Below are positions 46,349-59,731 of a DNA stretch of 64,000 nucleotides, one piece after another. A program made the translations under genes and the position numbers. Origin of the DNA: Klebsormidium nitens. Taxonomy: Eukaryota; Plantae; Klebsormidiophyceae. Numbering within the stretch: the stretch's first letter is position 1; every line of letters begins with the position of its first letter. The notes beneath the pieces are model-generated. The model ran no database searches, was not told where the DNA came from, and saw only the letters and a program-made list of their open reading frames with translations. Where the stretch lies: positions 124,001 through 188,000 of the forward strand of contig DF236993.1 in the NCBI GenBank assembly GCA_000708835.1. Reading direction: 5' to 3'.

Positions 46349-48270
46349 CTACTTCTTGGCGGGTCCGAAGATCTGGGACAACCCGCCCGCTGTGATGAAG
46401 ATCAATCCGACGGCACCCAGCAACACCGCTGGAGGGAAGCCAAGGTTGAAGGCGGCCTTCTTAGGCTCTTGGATGTTGGCAGCGTTCTCCTCAACTCGGT
46501 CCCGGACATTGGAGGGGGCCTTGCTTAGGACGTCGTTCACCTCTTCAGGGACGTTGTCAGCTGCAGTTTGAGGAGAACTTGGTTAGACGGGTGAACGTTC
46601 AAAGCGCAGGTCAAATGCGAATTTCAGGAGATTTGTATGAAGCAGCTTAACTCCGAGTGAAGCGCAGGTGAATCACTGATCATGACTGTTCGAAGTGGGC
46701 TTTTGAGTTACAGAATTCCCATTGATCGGCGGCCTGGAACTTGTACAACAGAGTATTGCTTCGATCATTGCAGAGAGTTGTACAAAAGATGTGTTTGTGT
46801 TTCTTCTTTTTCTTTCGCAACAAAGTGAAGGCGTGATGGATGTAGGGGACAACCGTCGATTATCCAACATCTGCTTCTGCTGAACCTGAGCCGCCCATTT
46901 TAGTACCAATAAGGTGACCTTCGGGTGCCAATGGAATAATTATGGACCAAGATAATTGCAAGCGTCAAGAAGGCAATTTCTGGAAGCTGATTCGTTTGTA
47001 GCAGCTTATTGGGAGCTTAAAGAATGTAACTTTGAATGTACCAAAGTTGAGTTTCTTTAAGCCGTCTGAAGAATGTACTGCGCACAGGCGTGCTAGACCG
47101 AAGGGTTTGGCAGGTAACACCATGACAAAAGGTGCGCCAACCCTACTTGCAGAGACTCAGATATCAAAGACTGAGTCAGATGTCAGCCTGATTTAGAGAC
47201 ACGATTAGCACAGCATTGGACCCCTAACGAAACAAGGGAGGTGAAGGACGCCAACTTACAGGCTGCTAGCTGGTAGACATGTGTTGGTTCTGCGGCAAAG
47301 GCGACCTGCGGTGACATCATTGGTGACCCGGTAGCCAGCGCCGCGGCAAGAGCGCCAACTGCGGCGGCATGCCGCAGGCTAACTCCCTCCTGTGAGATAG
47401 CCACGTTGGATGATGAGCGCGCATTCCTAAAATTGGATGCCTCGCAGATCTTAAGCAATCTCATCAGAGTACCCGAGAAGTTTCTTGGCTGTCTGCTTGT
47501 GCTGCGTTGATCTCCATCCCTGTAAAAGGGCGTACACAAACATATCTACACAATGTCACAAGACGACTGCTCGCATTTTTCTGTTGTCAATGACCAGGTA
47601 TTGATCAATCTGATATCTACAATGAATGTGCTGGCATCTCCCACGTGCCCCAACAACATGACCTCTTTCACATAGGCTGATGAAATTGCAGGAAGTACTT
47701 TTCTGCAAATCTAGAGGGTATTCCTAGGTGGATAAGGAAGAACGGCTGATCGAGGGCTTCAAAAGTGCGGGCAAGCAAGTACGAGGTAGTGAAGTTCACA
47801 AAGAGGCTAGGTGCCTTTTAAGCTCAGATTGAGAGTGAAAGCCAGTGCACTCAACTACCAGAGAGTCAAGTAAGGCAGTTTGGGCCCTACAATTTCTTCA
47901 CCAACAGCGCAAACAATAAGGCAATGCCAGTAGCTTGCGTTATGTTTCCCATGTCAGTAGTGAATAGTATTGTCTATCCAATCAGAGCAGCAAGCTAGCA
48001 GACACGTATCATGTAGAAAGCTTGCAGCATTCTCTTACCCCAACTTTCGGAAGATTGCATGAAAAGCAGCAACCTTCAAGCTCCAACTTGAGAAGCATCA
48101 ATAGATACACTTACCTCTTGTGAGCTCGCCCGCACGCATTGCCTCCCCTCTTGTCTCCTGACAACGACTGGCCTAATTGGGGAGAACTTTGAAGAGCTTT
48201 GGCTGACAGAGCTGACAAGAGACAAGGGGCCTGCAGCGAGCCCAGCGGAAGCGGTGCATGCAGATGCCAT
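46349..48270 (-). CDS. Small chloroplast thylakoid protein with bipartite transit peptide and C-terminal TM helix; family not recognised (165 aa)
   Basis: Exons 48270-48115, 47389-47260, 46560-46349; phases close. Ser/Ala/Arg-rich stromal transit peptide (MASACTASAG...VRA), hydrophobic lumen signal ending in AFA, and a C-terminal TM segment FPPAVLLGAVGLIFITAGGLSQIFG. Confidence 0.75.
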
Positions 48271-49335
48271 TTTGAGCTTTTCTGGGCTTCAATCACGGGC
48301 AGCTCCAATGCAAGCGTCGTTGAGTTGTTGAGTCGTTGAGTTGTTGGGAAATTCCAAGAGTACAAAGGCGTCTTTGTGGGCCGGGAAGAAAGGGTGGAGA
48401 ATGCAGCGACGTTCGGAAGACTTGGTGGGGAGAGAAAGGTAGACTGGAAATGGGCAGTTGCAAACCACTGTTTGAAGACATCCCCTGTCACCTTCATGGA
48501 GCGACCAATCAGACTGCTCTGCTAGGGCCGAGAACGTCTGCTTCCAGAGCGACAAGTGGACGCCTGCATGTGCCTCTTCTGGTGCGCGCACTAGGCAACT
48601 GGCTTCATCGCGACCGTCCGATTAGTTTAATCTAGAACGTCAGGGAATGACACTGCAATGTCGTTCAGGGAGTATCGAGCGCTTTGTGTCAAGTATGACT
48701 TTCCGTTCATCTCGAGGCCTAGCTGCGGGGGCGCCGCATGGGCACATTATGATGCGTAGGCGTACCCTCGAGCATGTAAGTTTTACTATCTCCGTATATG
48801 CTTGCCAGATCCTCCTGCTAAGTCGTCCATATGCTGCTTATAGTATTAGGTAGTACCGTGCTTGTTAAGGTCAAATGTTCAGCCTGCACTTTCCGTGATC
48901 TGAAGTGCTTGCGGAATTGCAGGTCATTTTCGGGTTGTAGCGGTCCAAAACCTGCAAACGGCTGCATCGCAAATGCATTGCAAGATATGGTTCCCGAAAG
49001 GAAGAGCTGCTTACAGCTAATCCTTTACCATGGCGGACAGAAGCTTGACAATCTGCATTGATGAATGCATGCCGGGATCGAAGATATGGTAATCAACACA
49101 TGAGCACAGTACCTAATGCTCCTACTCTTTTTGCACTTGAAGGACTGTACTCACGTATTGAAAACATTCGATTCCTCTATAGGGTATATTACACTTACAA
49201 GCATGACAACGTAGCCTGCACTGGATCAAAAGACTCTTCAAGGCAATGAATGGCGTGCAGCAACATGCTCTGAAAAGTCGGTTGGCACGAGCTTGCAACG
49301 GACTTTCAAGAGCTGCATGACGAGAATTCTGTTGA

Positions 49336-52300
49336 TCAATCATTTGTCCCATCGACATCCATGGGTTTTGCATCTGGTTCGAGGTGCACCGCTGAACCGG
49401 CAACCCCGTCCTCCACGGCATCCCCCCTCTCGCTAGCAGCACCTTTGCTGCCCCCTTTCGCACTTCCGGTTCGCGGGGGTGCCGAAGGCTCCCCCTCTAT
49501 CCACCCTTTACTCACGAGCAAGTCGTAGACCGCGTCTGTCTTTATCGGGTCTACTTTGAACATCCGTACGGCGTCCGACCGCTTGACGAGCCCCTCCCGC
49601 GCGCTTTGCTGCATGAGCGTGTCCTTCATTCTGCACGCACAACGAGAAAGTCAGCGGGAAGATGTGGCGGGGCTGGCAAGACTCTCTTTGAGGAGCCTCT
49701 CCTGTCCCGCCTTGGGGATCCGGACAAGAGAGGAATAAGGCCTTGGTCACCTTTCTCGATACAATTTCGAAGTTGCTTCTGCTGCAGGCTTTGTGCGTAG
49801 AGTCCCAAGTTAATTCGAACTAGCTATCTCCGAGCGCTTGTGGCTGAGGCTCAGCATTCTTTTTTCAGAGTGGCCTTCGAGACGACGGAATCGAGTTGCA
49901 AGCATGACTTCAAAGCGGTGCACCAACTTCCTTGTATTTCCAGCTGTCCTTGGTTACTGTTGAAAGAGTATTTCGGCATGGTCTGCTGATGTAAGATCAA
50001 CATACACGTGACTGCATCAGAGCGTATTGAAAGCGACCAAGGTAGGCGTTCCCGCTTGTCGACTCAGCCCCCTCGGCTTAACACAAAAGGCGGCGCTCTC
50101 TCTTCATGAAGCAACAAACTGTCTCCTTTTTTTTCAGAAGCCGAACATTCCTAGCTTAAAACACACGAAAGTGAGGATTATGAGCGGGCACAAACGTGAA
50201 GAATTCCATCCCAGCGACTCCCGCACCAGAGCACACTCGAACAGAATCCTCACTTTAGGTAGTGCAAGGGTACCAGTCTCCATTTCTCGCACAGCTCTCG
50301 TTCGAGCCGGTTCAACAGATCCGCCGCCGGATGCCCGTCCAACTCCAAGGGGGCCAGGATTTTCCAGGCGCCCTTTCCCCCCACCCGGTCCGCCACACTG
50401 GGCACTCCCGCCTCGCTAGTTGTCGGAGTAGGGGTGCCCGGGGGATTGCCCCGGAGCTTCTGCGCCTCTTTGCCGCCCCCCCCGACGGGAGACGGCTCGT
50501 CTTCTGCCCGGTCCGAGCGTTTGCTGCGCTGCGCGGGGCGACTACTGCAATTGACAGGGAACGGATGCGAGTTATTTTACGAACCTCATGTAGATTCTTT
50601 CTTTCAAAGTCCTAAAATTGAAGCGGTTCCGGAACGTTGGGGACTTGCGAAAGGACTCCGCTTTCCGTCAGCTTTATAGAACCTTGACAAACAAACTTCC
50701 AAGCTCCAAACCACCTTAGTGGCACATATCCTCCTTCACGCAATCAGTCGGCGGTGTCCTTGCGCTGCTTGATTATTGCAAACTCGACCTCAATCCCAAC
50801 CTGAACAACGTCGCGAAAATATAACTGTCCACGTACCTTTGCAAAAAGTGAAGTATCTTACCTTTACAGACACGCGGCGCTTTTCCTGCTGCTTGCGCTG
50901 CTGCTCGTTCGCCTTGTGCTCCTTACCTCTGACTACCACAGTAAAATTCCAGAAACCCTCTCCATAAAACTCTGTGGCAAAAGCCTCCACAAAACCTCGG
51001 AGGAAACCTTTCACGGGAAATCGATATGCTGCAGATCCCACCTGTAGAGATATGTGGCGTTCTTCCACTGCTTCCACTGCTGCTCTTCACCTCGTGCAGA
51101 TCACCAGAACCTTCACGAAAGTCGGACAAAACCCCCCACATACTCTCGCAAAAACTCTGCTACAGACTAAAGCAAATGCTGGAGTCACACCTGTACAGAT
51201 ACGCTGCGCTCTCCCGCTGCTTGCGCTGCTGCGCCTCCACGTCGCGCTTCTTCTTGTCCGACTCGTAGTCCGCCGCTTCCGCCATTGTGCGGATGCCCAT
51301 CGCGCGATATTCTTTCAGCTCGTCGATGCGGTCCCGGATGCGCCGCTCCGCAAGGAGCCCCGAAACCAGCTCGTCGATCTCTTCTTGCCTGCAAACGCGC
51401 GAGGCATTCCCGTGTTGGTAACAACATGAGCTGTTGAGCCAAGTCAGGGTCATACTGCAACCTTCGCCGTTTGAAAGCGAAATTTGAATCTTAGGCGACA
51501 CCGCGAATACCCATCGTGCGGTATTCTTTCAGTTCGTCGATGCGGTCCCGGATGCGCCGCTCCGCCAGGAGCCCCGACACCAGCTCGTCAATCTCTTCTT
51601 GCGTGGAACCAGGTCAACCACGTCAGTGCGTCTTGCAGATGAAACGGTTGGTAGCAGTGACCAAGTTTTGAAGTTTCGAAAAGATACTTGTTTTCGCCCC
51701 TTCGACGAGAGGCACCTACAAAGCATGTAACACAAAGCATATAACACAGAATGATAATGCTCTCCTTGAACGGTAGCCCACGGCCGCGCTGGTTATCCAC
51801 TTCGGTGCAGATAAGACGATACCCGTGTCATACTTTCTCCGGTGGCGGGATATTGACGACGTCATCCTCGATTGATCGAGCCAGCGGCATTGGAGACGGA
51901 GGAACGTGCGCTTAACTTGGACAACCCTCATCTCTTTACGCAACTAGTAAGTTCGCCTGTAAGTTCTTTCACTTGTTTCTATTCTTCAGCTATCGGTGGC
52001 AGTGACGAACGTTTTGAAGTTTTGGATTTTCCGAATAATACTCTGTTTTCCCCCTTTACCGAGACTCATCTACAAAGCATGTAACAGGAGACATAAAACA
52101 CAGGATAATAATGCTCTCTTCGGGCTCTAGCCCACGGCTGGGCTGCATGAAGCGGTCGCAGAACACCAGCGGGATTGCACTCGCACCGCGAGCAACAAAC
52201 AAAGGCACACGAAATCGCTCTGGGCAGAAAGGATGCTCGAAACCCTTGGGAGTCGGGGGGGGCACTCACGTGGTGAAGCGTGCAAAGACGCGCGCCCGGT

Positions 52301-55300
52301 TGTAAAGCTCCCGCTCCTCGCGGGTGCGCTTGCGGTCGAGCGCCTGCTGCTTCTTCAGGTTCAGTAGTCCCCGCTCCAGAATGAACTCTTTCCGCCGCCG
52401 CCGCTCATCCAGCCTGTATAATTGCGAGGGGAAATCGCAGAGAAGAATCAGGCCTACAGGGGAGCGTCCGTAAAGTGCAGTTACAACGCTGCCACTGATC
52501 GTCCAGCCTGTGAGCAATGTTAATGGACAATACTAGGAAAAAGTAAAACCCGCTAATCTAGTCGGATCAGACGGCAGGGAAGCATTGGTTGCGGCGGCGC
52601 CGCCGTTCGTCAAGCCTGTGGGAAGATGTGAGGGGCAATCTCAGGGAAAAGTGGGACCCAATGATTCATTCTGATCAGATGGCAGGGGAGGATCGATGGG
52701 TTGAAGTTGGTGCCGCCACTGTTTGCGGTGCCGCGACTGTTCGTCCACCCGGTGAGGGATGTGAGGTGTACATGTAGGAAGAAGTAGACCCAAAAATGTT
52801 TCGGATCGGACTGCGGGGAGTATCCTTGTCATGAAGTTGCGGCGCCGCCCCCCTATTGTCCAGCCTGTTAAAGTGGGGGTGGCCGTTCGCTACCGTTTCA
52901 AGGACGATGTAAGACCCCTGGATACATTTTGAACGGACGGCGGGAAAATATGGAGTTTTTCGTTTTTTTTTGCCGGATGTTCACCGTCGATTCCCCATCG
53001 CCGCAGCCTTTGCGGGCAGAATTTTGCTTACTTGAGAAGCTGCACACGATTTCGAGAGAGTTCCAGGAAGGCTTAAGAAGGATTGACAATTTGAACGGGT
53101 CAAAGGGAGCTAGTTCTCTTTGGAGAAACGTTTTCCTTGACAGTTGACTGGCGGTGCTTTGATCAAATTTAGTACTGAAATGTATAGGGGATAAGAGACA
53201 TGCTCAGGCTGCTAAAAGGTTGCGGGCATGAGCAGTGAAGAAGGCGATCGCATCGAAGCTACTCAAACAAAGACTGTCGGCATCGTCTCCAGCTTTTCGA
53301 GCCAACGCCCGCCAGGCTGCCTGCTTACGATGAACCCTCTCTAACTGACCGACTTTCAAAACCTTTCACCAGTGCATACACCGTATCCATCTAACAGAGT
53401 GACTCGACTCTGTCTGGATACCGCCTAGTTTCATGATTGGTTCTAGGAGGTATACTCTGGACGGAATCTAGGGAGATACTGTTGGTGCACGCAGAAAGGT
53501 GGCGGTTGGGTCGTTGGTCTAACGGGAGTTTTTGAGGCAGGTGGTTTTCTAGATGTATAGGGACACACTACTCAGTCCCGCTTACCTGTGGTTGTAGATC
53601 TCGAGCATCTTGATCTTGAGGTCCCGTTCCGCTTCCGTGTCCGTCTCCTTGAATTCCATCTCTGCCAGCGGCACCTCCGCATCATTGTCGTACTCTGGGT
53701 CGAACTCGTTCCGCTTTGCATGATACCCTGGGGAATGAACGGATCGGAATACATTGGCGAAAAAGTTGAGCTTGCTGAAAGTAAGCACCGGAAACTTTCA
53801 ACGCACGTCACCAGAATCAAGGTCTGGAATCGGTATGGCACCTTACCCTGTGATAAGGAATTCGCCTGTGATCAGGACGGAACCTGCTGCAGCGCTAATC
53901 GTGGCCACCGTCTAACAAGCAACACTGTATCGCACTTCACCACATCAGATGACGTAGGATTTGTCTAGAAGATTAATGCTACCGCAAACTCCGAGTCCTG
54001 AAACGCTGCACCAGAGTTCTGCGCAGGCGCGGTATGAATGTGACTACGATGCAATCAGAGTCCAAACTTAAGTACGATCCAGATGCGATCGCCCACCTGT
54101 TTGCTCCGCGCCCACTGTCCCCGCTTTGATCTCCCCCTCCGACAACTTCGGCTTCTTTCCCCCCAGTGTGCGCGTGCTCTGTGCTGGGTCCTCTCCGGCC
54201 TGTTCCCCCTCGGCGCTCGGCTCGGGTTTCGCCTGGTGTGAATGGGCGGCTGCCTTCTTTCCAGGACCTCCTCCCTGCTTAAACAAAGGTGTTGATCGTG
54301 TTGGTTTTTCATCGAAGCAGACGATGGCTCACCCATACCTCCGTGTGCTAGATACGCTCTGAAGCTTCTTTGACGTGTCACAAATTCACCGGCTGTACGG
54401 GATTGTGCAAGAGCCACCAACCGAGATCGTTCAGACATGCTCATTTAAGAGGTCGCTTCCCCGTCAAACTTGTAGAAAGTTCTTGAGACGGGGTGGGGCT
54501 CGAATTGAACATCAGGTATGGCGTCAACCAGAAAGTGTGCCACGTTTGCGGTTCTCTAAACGGATAGACTGGCCCAAACATTCACGCTGTTGTGGTAAGT
54601 ACATTCCTGATACAGCTTTCCGCTAGAGCATAAGCGTACAGGTGCAAACAGGGACTCGAGAACAAAGGCTAGAGACCCGAGCGAATCCACACTGGCACCG
54701 AACATTAGATTTACCACTGATTGGTGCTTGCAAGCTTGGATACAGCTAGTCATCATGACCAGCATCACCCAACCGCACTAGTAAGCTTGAAATGCGAACG
54801 ATCCGGCCTTACCTGCTCTGCACTTGCGAGGGCCGCGTCGCTTGGGTGCTTGTGTGAATGGGCACGTTCCTCTTCCGTGGAGGATGGAAGGAGGATCTTC
54901 TCCGACTTGGCGCCGATGGACGGCTCGACGGACGCCTCACGCGCCGAGATGCCCTCGTCCTTCACGTCTTCCAGCCTGCAGGTGAAGACGATCGGATGAA
55001 TTACATATACTGCGAGGTGATTGAAATATGATAAGTCGATTCTCGCAACTGGAGATGTCAGCAAAGCTGTTCGAAGTGAGTGCATACAGCATATCTATTC
55101 ACACTGGACGTCCGGAGTTAGAGAACGCAGGTGCCCAGAAGTCGTCAAACCAATTCAAAGACTTTGAAGTGGTTTGACTTCGTACGTGCGACCCACATCG
55201 TGCTTAGATCGGAGAACGCAAGCCCAGAATCAGACAATCTGATACGTAAGATACATTATGAAGAAATAATGTATGACACAAAACCCTTCTGCATAAAATC

Positions 55301-58300
55301 CAATCTGCGTAAGTAAACCTCGGGTCTCTTTCACCAACGGGCGGAGCGCCACCAACGTAAGCGGGTAGTCTGCATCTTAAAGGACCACTAAGTTCTGAGA
55401 ATTTGCAGACTGCCGTTGAAAAGGTGGGACCCTTTACTGGGCCCCAGATATGCGCTTGACACTGACGTTTCTCAAGATGGAAACGCTTAGGGTCGATTAC
55501 TCACTTGACCGTCAAAGACCCCGCTTGCGAGCTCTCCCCCGGACCTTCCGAGCTCATGCCTGGGAAGATAGGAAAAGACGATGTGAGTGTTTCCCTAAGA
55601 AGCGACCAACTTTCTGAATTTCGCATGGGCCGTCCTTCGTCCAACCGAGCCCTCTGTCTGATACGTCGAAAGTGCAGTCAATGCTGGCGCAACCCGCTGA
55701 CGGCCAAACCGCCATTTCTTGAGTTTGCTCGAACATGAAGTCCAGGCATCGACTTGTCAGATCGGGCCCGTTGTACTTGAAGCCGCGTTGTAGCTTTGCC
55801 CCAATCTACTCATATTGCACCCAAGTCCGACTTTAGGCCGTTCTGTTGACCGGTTTGAACCCACTCACGCCCGCTCTGAAAAGCCCACTTTGAAGCAGCA
55901 CATCGAATCATTATGACCTGCCCCAACAGACAGCAAGCAAAACGGACCAATGCGACTTTATGGACGTCGTTTTAATGCATGAAGGCTTCTCAACCAAGCG
56001 GACCAGGGGGCGTTTCGCACTCACGTGACACGTCGCCCCTCTTGCCCTCCGCCATCAGTTCCGCTCGGCCCTTGCCGGCGATCCTCGACATGTCCTGTAA
56101 CAAGAAGGTTAAAGGGTTTCAGGTTGCAGGTTTCGAGGGTTTCAGGGTTTTAGGGTGGCAGGTATTAGGGGCGACAATATCAGGACCTACAGCATTCATC
56201 AATTTCCGTGTTTTTGGGCTGACGACAATCACGTATCTACAACGGGACGATTGAAAGGCGGAGTCCGTCTTAACATTAGAAAAGTTGCGGATGCCACAGG
56301 AAAAGATGCTGAACAACGCCACGCACTTACAGCCGAGGTCAGTTGAGTTCGCTCTTTCGCATTCATGCAAAACGGGTTTACTGAGGCCTCAAACCAGAAC
56401 AAGGCCTCAATCAAGAATCGGTGATCAGCACCAGCTCCTTGTGCACATTACGCGGCTTCTGACCACGTCATCAACGCCAATCTATCCCTACAGGTTTGGG
56501 GCCGTCAACTGTTTAGCTAACGGAGGCTACTGAAGTATGATAGAAAGAAGACGAAAACAATTCTTGTCGAGGAAACGAGGTGAAGCCCGGCTCACCGGCA
56601 GCGGGAAGAAGGGGCTGTTGATGTAGATGGACGTGTAGTGCTCCTGGCAGCTGCCCTTGGACTTGGTGCCCACGTGGTCTGCCACGTCAGCCCAGTTGCC
56701 GAACCCGAACATCTCGATGCCCTGCACGGCATCGGGTTTTTTGATGAAGCCCGAACTCCAAAATTGCTGCTTTCTGCGCCACGAGCCCAGATGCGTAAGC
56801 CTGTTTGAAAAGGAGCGACCATCGGGCTGTGAAGAAACCAGGCGTCCGCGGCGGAGGCGAAACGGACATACCATTGTGACGACAGTGTACGCTGCAAGTT
56901 TCCTTCTGGAGAGGAGTTCTCAAAGGGGCGGCGGTGCAAACAGACTTGTAAGCGATTGAGCATGTGCAGAGTTCAGGAGGCATGCGCCGAAAGTGGTGCT
57001 CACGGATTAACAACATTGCAAGTCTTTCGAGTAAGGGGGAAGACGAAGCCCATGGGATGTACTACACGTCCGAGCTTTTTCCAGCTGTTACATCAACGGC
57101 TCTGGTTCTACACCATCTGACTGCAAAGAGCGGAACAAAACCTATGCGAGGATCTGATAATTCGCTAGGGGTGTTCACAAAAGTCCAGGTGCTCCCAAAG
57201 ACCAAGTTTTTGTGCTCCGTAAGAGTGCAGCTCCATGGAAAGAGGCTACTGCTTGGGACCCATCTGAAACCTATGATTGTTTGATGCACTTGAATGTACG
57301 AATCTAGATTGAAACATTAGGTTAGCAATGCAGTACTTTGTTTCAGCTTGCAGTGTTTCAGTTTTGGGGTTGGGAGAGACGGGGAATGCCTACCTCCAGT
57401 ACCAAAATCTCCTCGTCCACAGTCCAAGCAGGGTTTAGCAGCGGAAAGTCCAGGATCTCCTGCAATCTTAAAAGGGGACTTATCAGAGTGCGCTCTTGGA
57501 AAGAGAGCGTCGGAGCGAAGAAGAGACGAAGTTGGCCGAAAGCATTGAACAGGCGGCATCGCCAGCCGCCTTACTCGTTTCATTGACCTTGCCTGGTTAA
57601 GCTGTCACGGGAGAACCAAAATCAAGGTTGAATTTCACGATACCGAGGAGAAGAGGTTCCTCGATCCTGCAGTAAAGAGAGTCTACTAAAGCTACCCGTT
57701 TTGCGTGGCTGCATCTCTGCTTCTGGCAGGAGTTGAAGGCTATGATCAAGCTCGACGGCGAAAATATTGAAGCTCGCGGTTCAATCAGCCTACTTCGAAC
57801 AGTTTCTCGTCTTAGATGATTTCCAAGGACGAGCCAACTCATCCCTCTCATGGGACGGAATGTTCGATGAAATTTGGTTTCCTATCATTCCTGCGCAGGC
57901 GCATACTGAGAGCGGTGCCTAAAACAGGTACCTATATTCGAGGAGAACCTTGTAGCTTACAACTGAGAAAGATCAGAAATCATTGCACGATCAATTGCCA
58001 ATATCAGGCCACTTCCAATCAATCAAAAAGCTGGTTCTTTACCATGACTCGGTACTTGTGGTCGTTCTTGTGGGGCGTAATCTCTGCCCCCACGGAGAAG
58101 CACTCGAGGCACAGGTCGAAGTCGGGGCACTCGGCGCACTTGATGCGCACGCAGCCAGAGATGTCCTTCTTGCAGTAGTTGCAGTGGTACTGCGCCTGCC
58201 GCGCCTCGCCTGTGTCGGAGGAAGGAGATTTATGATCAGGCCCTGATCTTAACGACGTATGATGAGACTTTTTCCTTGATTCTCGTTTGATTGTGAATCC

Positions 58301-59731
58301 AATGAATCTGCTATTCGATATTTATCTCTGCGCGTCAGAAGCAAAAGACTGGGACAAAACCGGCCTTGATCTACTTACTGGCTTCGATGGACTTACGCAC
58401 CGGCTGAAACGTCAGAAGGGGCTTAGGCAAGGTTTCAGTCATTGAAGCCACAAAGATAATGAACACTTCTTCTCAATGGGTTCAGCAACTCTTGCTCTTT
58501 CCCGATTTGCAGTGCTGAACCTGGGCATTGAGTTCGGGTGTGCTCAGGGCAAGAGTCATTCCAGCGTCTTTTCAGCTGAGTGGCTGGATCCTTCGTCTCT
58601 ATTACATCTATCATTGGACTGAGTTTGCGTTGGGGCCCAAGCTTTTCTTTTATGAATGTATGAGATTCTTTAGGCAATACTTGTTTAGGCAGTCCAGATT
58701 ACTTCAAAATGCTTTTACTAGTCTGTACTCTAAGTTGCGCTGTACTGAAGGCGCACGGGGCGTTTGATATAGGCCTCAAATTAGGTTGCACAGCTAAGAG
58801 TTTTTCCCTCTGCAGATTAACTTCATGACTAGATACCATCTCAGCGAAGACCGCTGCGCCTTGCCTAGCTGGAGTGGTATCTGCTTTTTTTAGAAGGTAG
58901 ATGTATCTAGCTGAGACGAAGCTCTTGACTCCACAGGCTTCTTTCGCTTATCATTAAACGACAGCCAAGACAAGCAGGCAGTGAGTAAAACGAGAGGGCG
59001 GTCCCTCTGAGTGCTGTCAGCAGCCTCATCAGTCGCCTCACGCCTTACCACTATGCAGCAGGGCGGCGGAGTCGCTTTCATTTGCGCCCCTCCTCCTCTT
59101 GGTTCTGTACAGCAATGCATGTGCATGTCAAGCTTCACCCTGAGTCCTCTTAAGGTGCTTGAAGGCTGAAGTGCATTATTCGAGGCAGGGAATGCTGTTC
59201 CCCTGGATTAGATTCTTCAATGCCACCACCAGACAGTCCTTTGATGGCACCATCCCAAGAAAGTCTATCACAACCGCCTGATCAAAGATGAAAAACAGGA
59301 AAACCTCCCATCATAAAAAAGGGGCCCAAAGAAGGATGCTGATGACTCAGGATCTTCACTTGCAATTTGGCTTCGTTGGCATTGATCAGACTTCTCTTCT
59401 ATGCCACCCCATCTTGACGCAGCTGATGCAAGAATAGCACCACCCCTAAAAGGACCCTTGTTCAAAAGTTATGAACCTGGGATAAAACACAAAAGAAAGA
59501 TGGATTGTCGCCACACTCTTTGTTGATGAGAAAATGCAGAAAAGAAAGTGCCCACTTTCTTGGCAATTCTGGGGGGCTAGCCACCAGAATCGACTGTGTT
59601 AAGAAGCATGAAAAAGCTGATGGAGTGTAATAAGAAGATTGCGTTTACCTCGCTGATAGGGCAGCTAAGGGGTCCTCCATTTCCAGATTGGTCCCCTTTC
59701 CGGGAACCTGTCCTGCCCTTGACCGCCCCAT
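49336..59731 (-). CDS. ADA2: Transcriptional adaptor ADA2 (ZZ zinc finger, SANT, ADA boxes, SWIRM), SAGA complex subunit; 677 aa, 14 exons
   Basis: Exons 59731-59649, 59104-59049, 58209-58043, 57459-57394, 56721-56596, 56094-56025, 55559-55505, 54975-54813, 54274-54097, 53727-53586, 52413-52270, 51388-51191, 50544-50254, 49630-49336; all phases close. Motifs: MGRSR, [121 protein letters not shown]. Confidence 0.97.
50830..51230 (-). repeat. Decayed copies of the ADA2 exon 12 tail plus donor
   Basis: True end cagcgcaagcagcgggagagcgcagcgtatctgtacag|gtgtga at 51191. Copies: cagtggaagcagtggaagaacgccacatatctctacag|gtggga ending 51042 and cagcgcaagcagcaggaaaagcgccgcgtgtctgtaaag|gtaaga ending 50862. 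Confidence 0.75.
51490..51610 (-). repeat. Near-identical duplicate of the ADA2 exon 12 5' half, acceptor lost
   Basis: Encodes [34 protein letters not shown] from 51602, preceded by ttccac rather than tttgcag; lies 214 bp from the true exon start at 51388. Confidence 0.9.
51640..52150. repeat. Duplicated intronic segment of about 130-150 bp in ADA2 intron 11
   Basis: ctacaaagcatgtaaca..ag..ataa.acaca(g)aatgataatgctctc..t...g..tagcccacggc occurs at about 51717-51785 and about 52071-52140, with similar flanks. Confidence 0.7.
52390..52880 (-). repeat. About five copies of the ADA2 exon 11 acceptor plus 5' end (cag|gctggacga...; LDERRRR)
   Basis: Starts at 52413 (true exon), 52507, 52615, about 52749 (acceptor mutated) and 52864. 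Confidence 0.75.
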
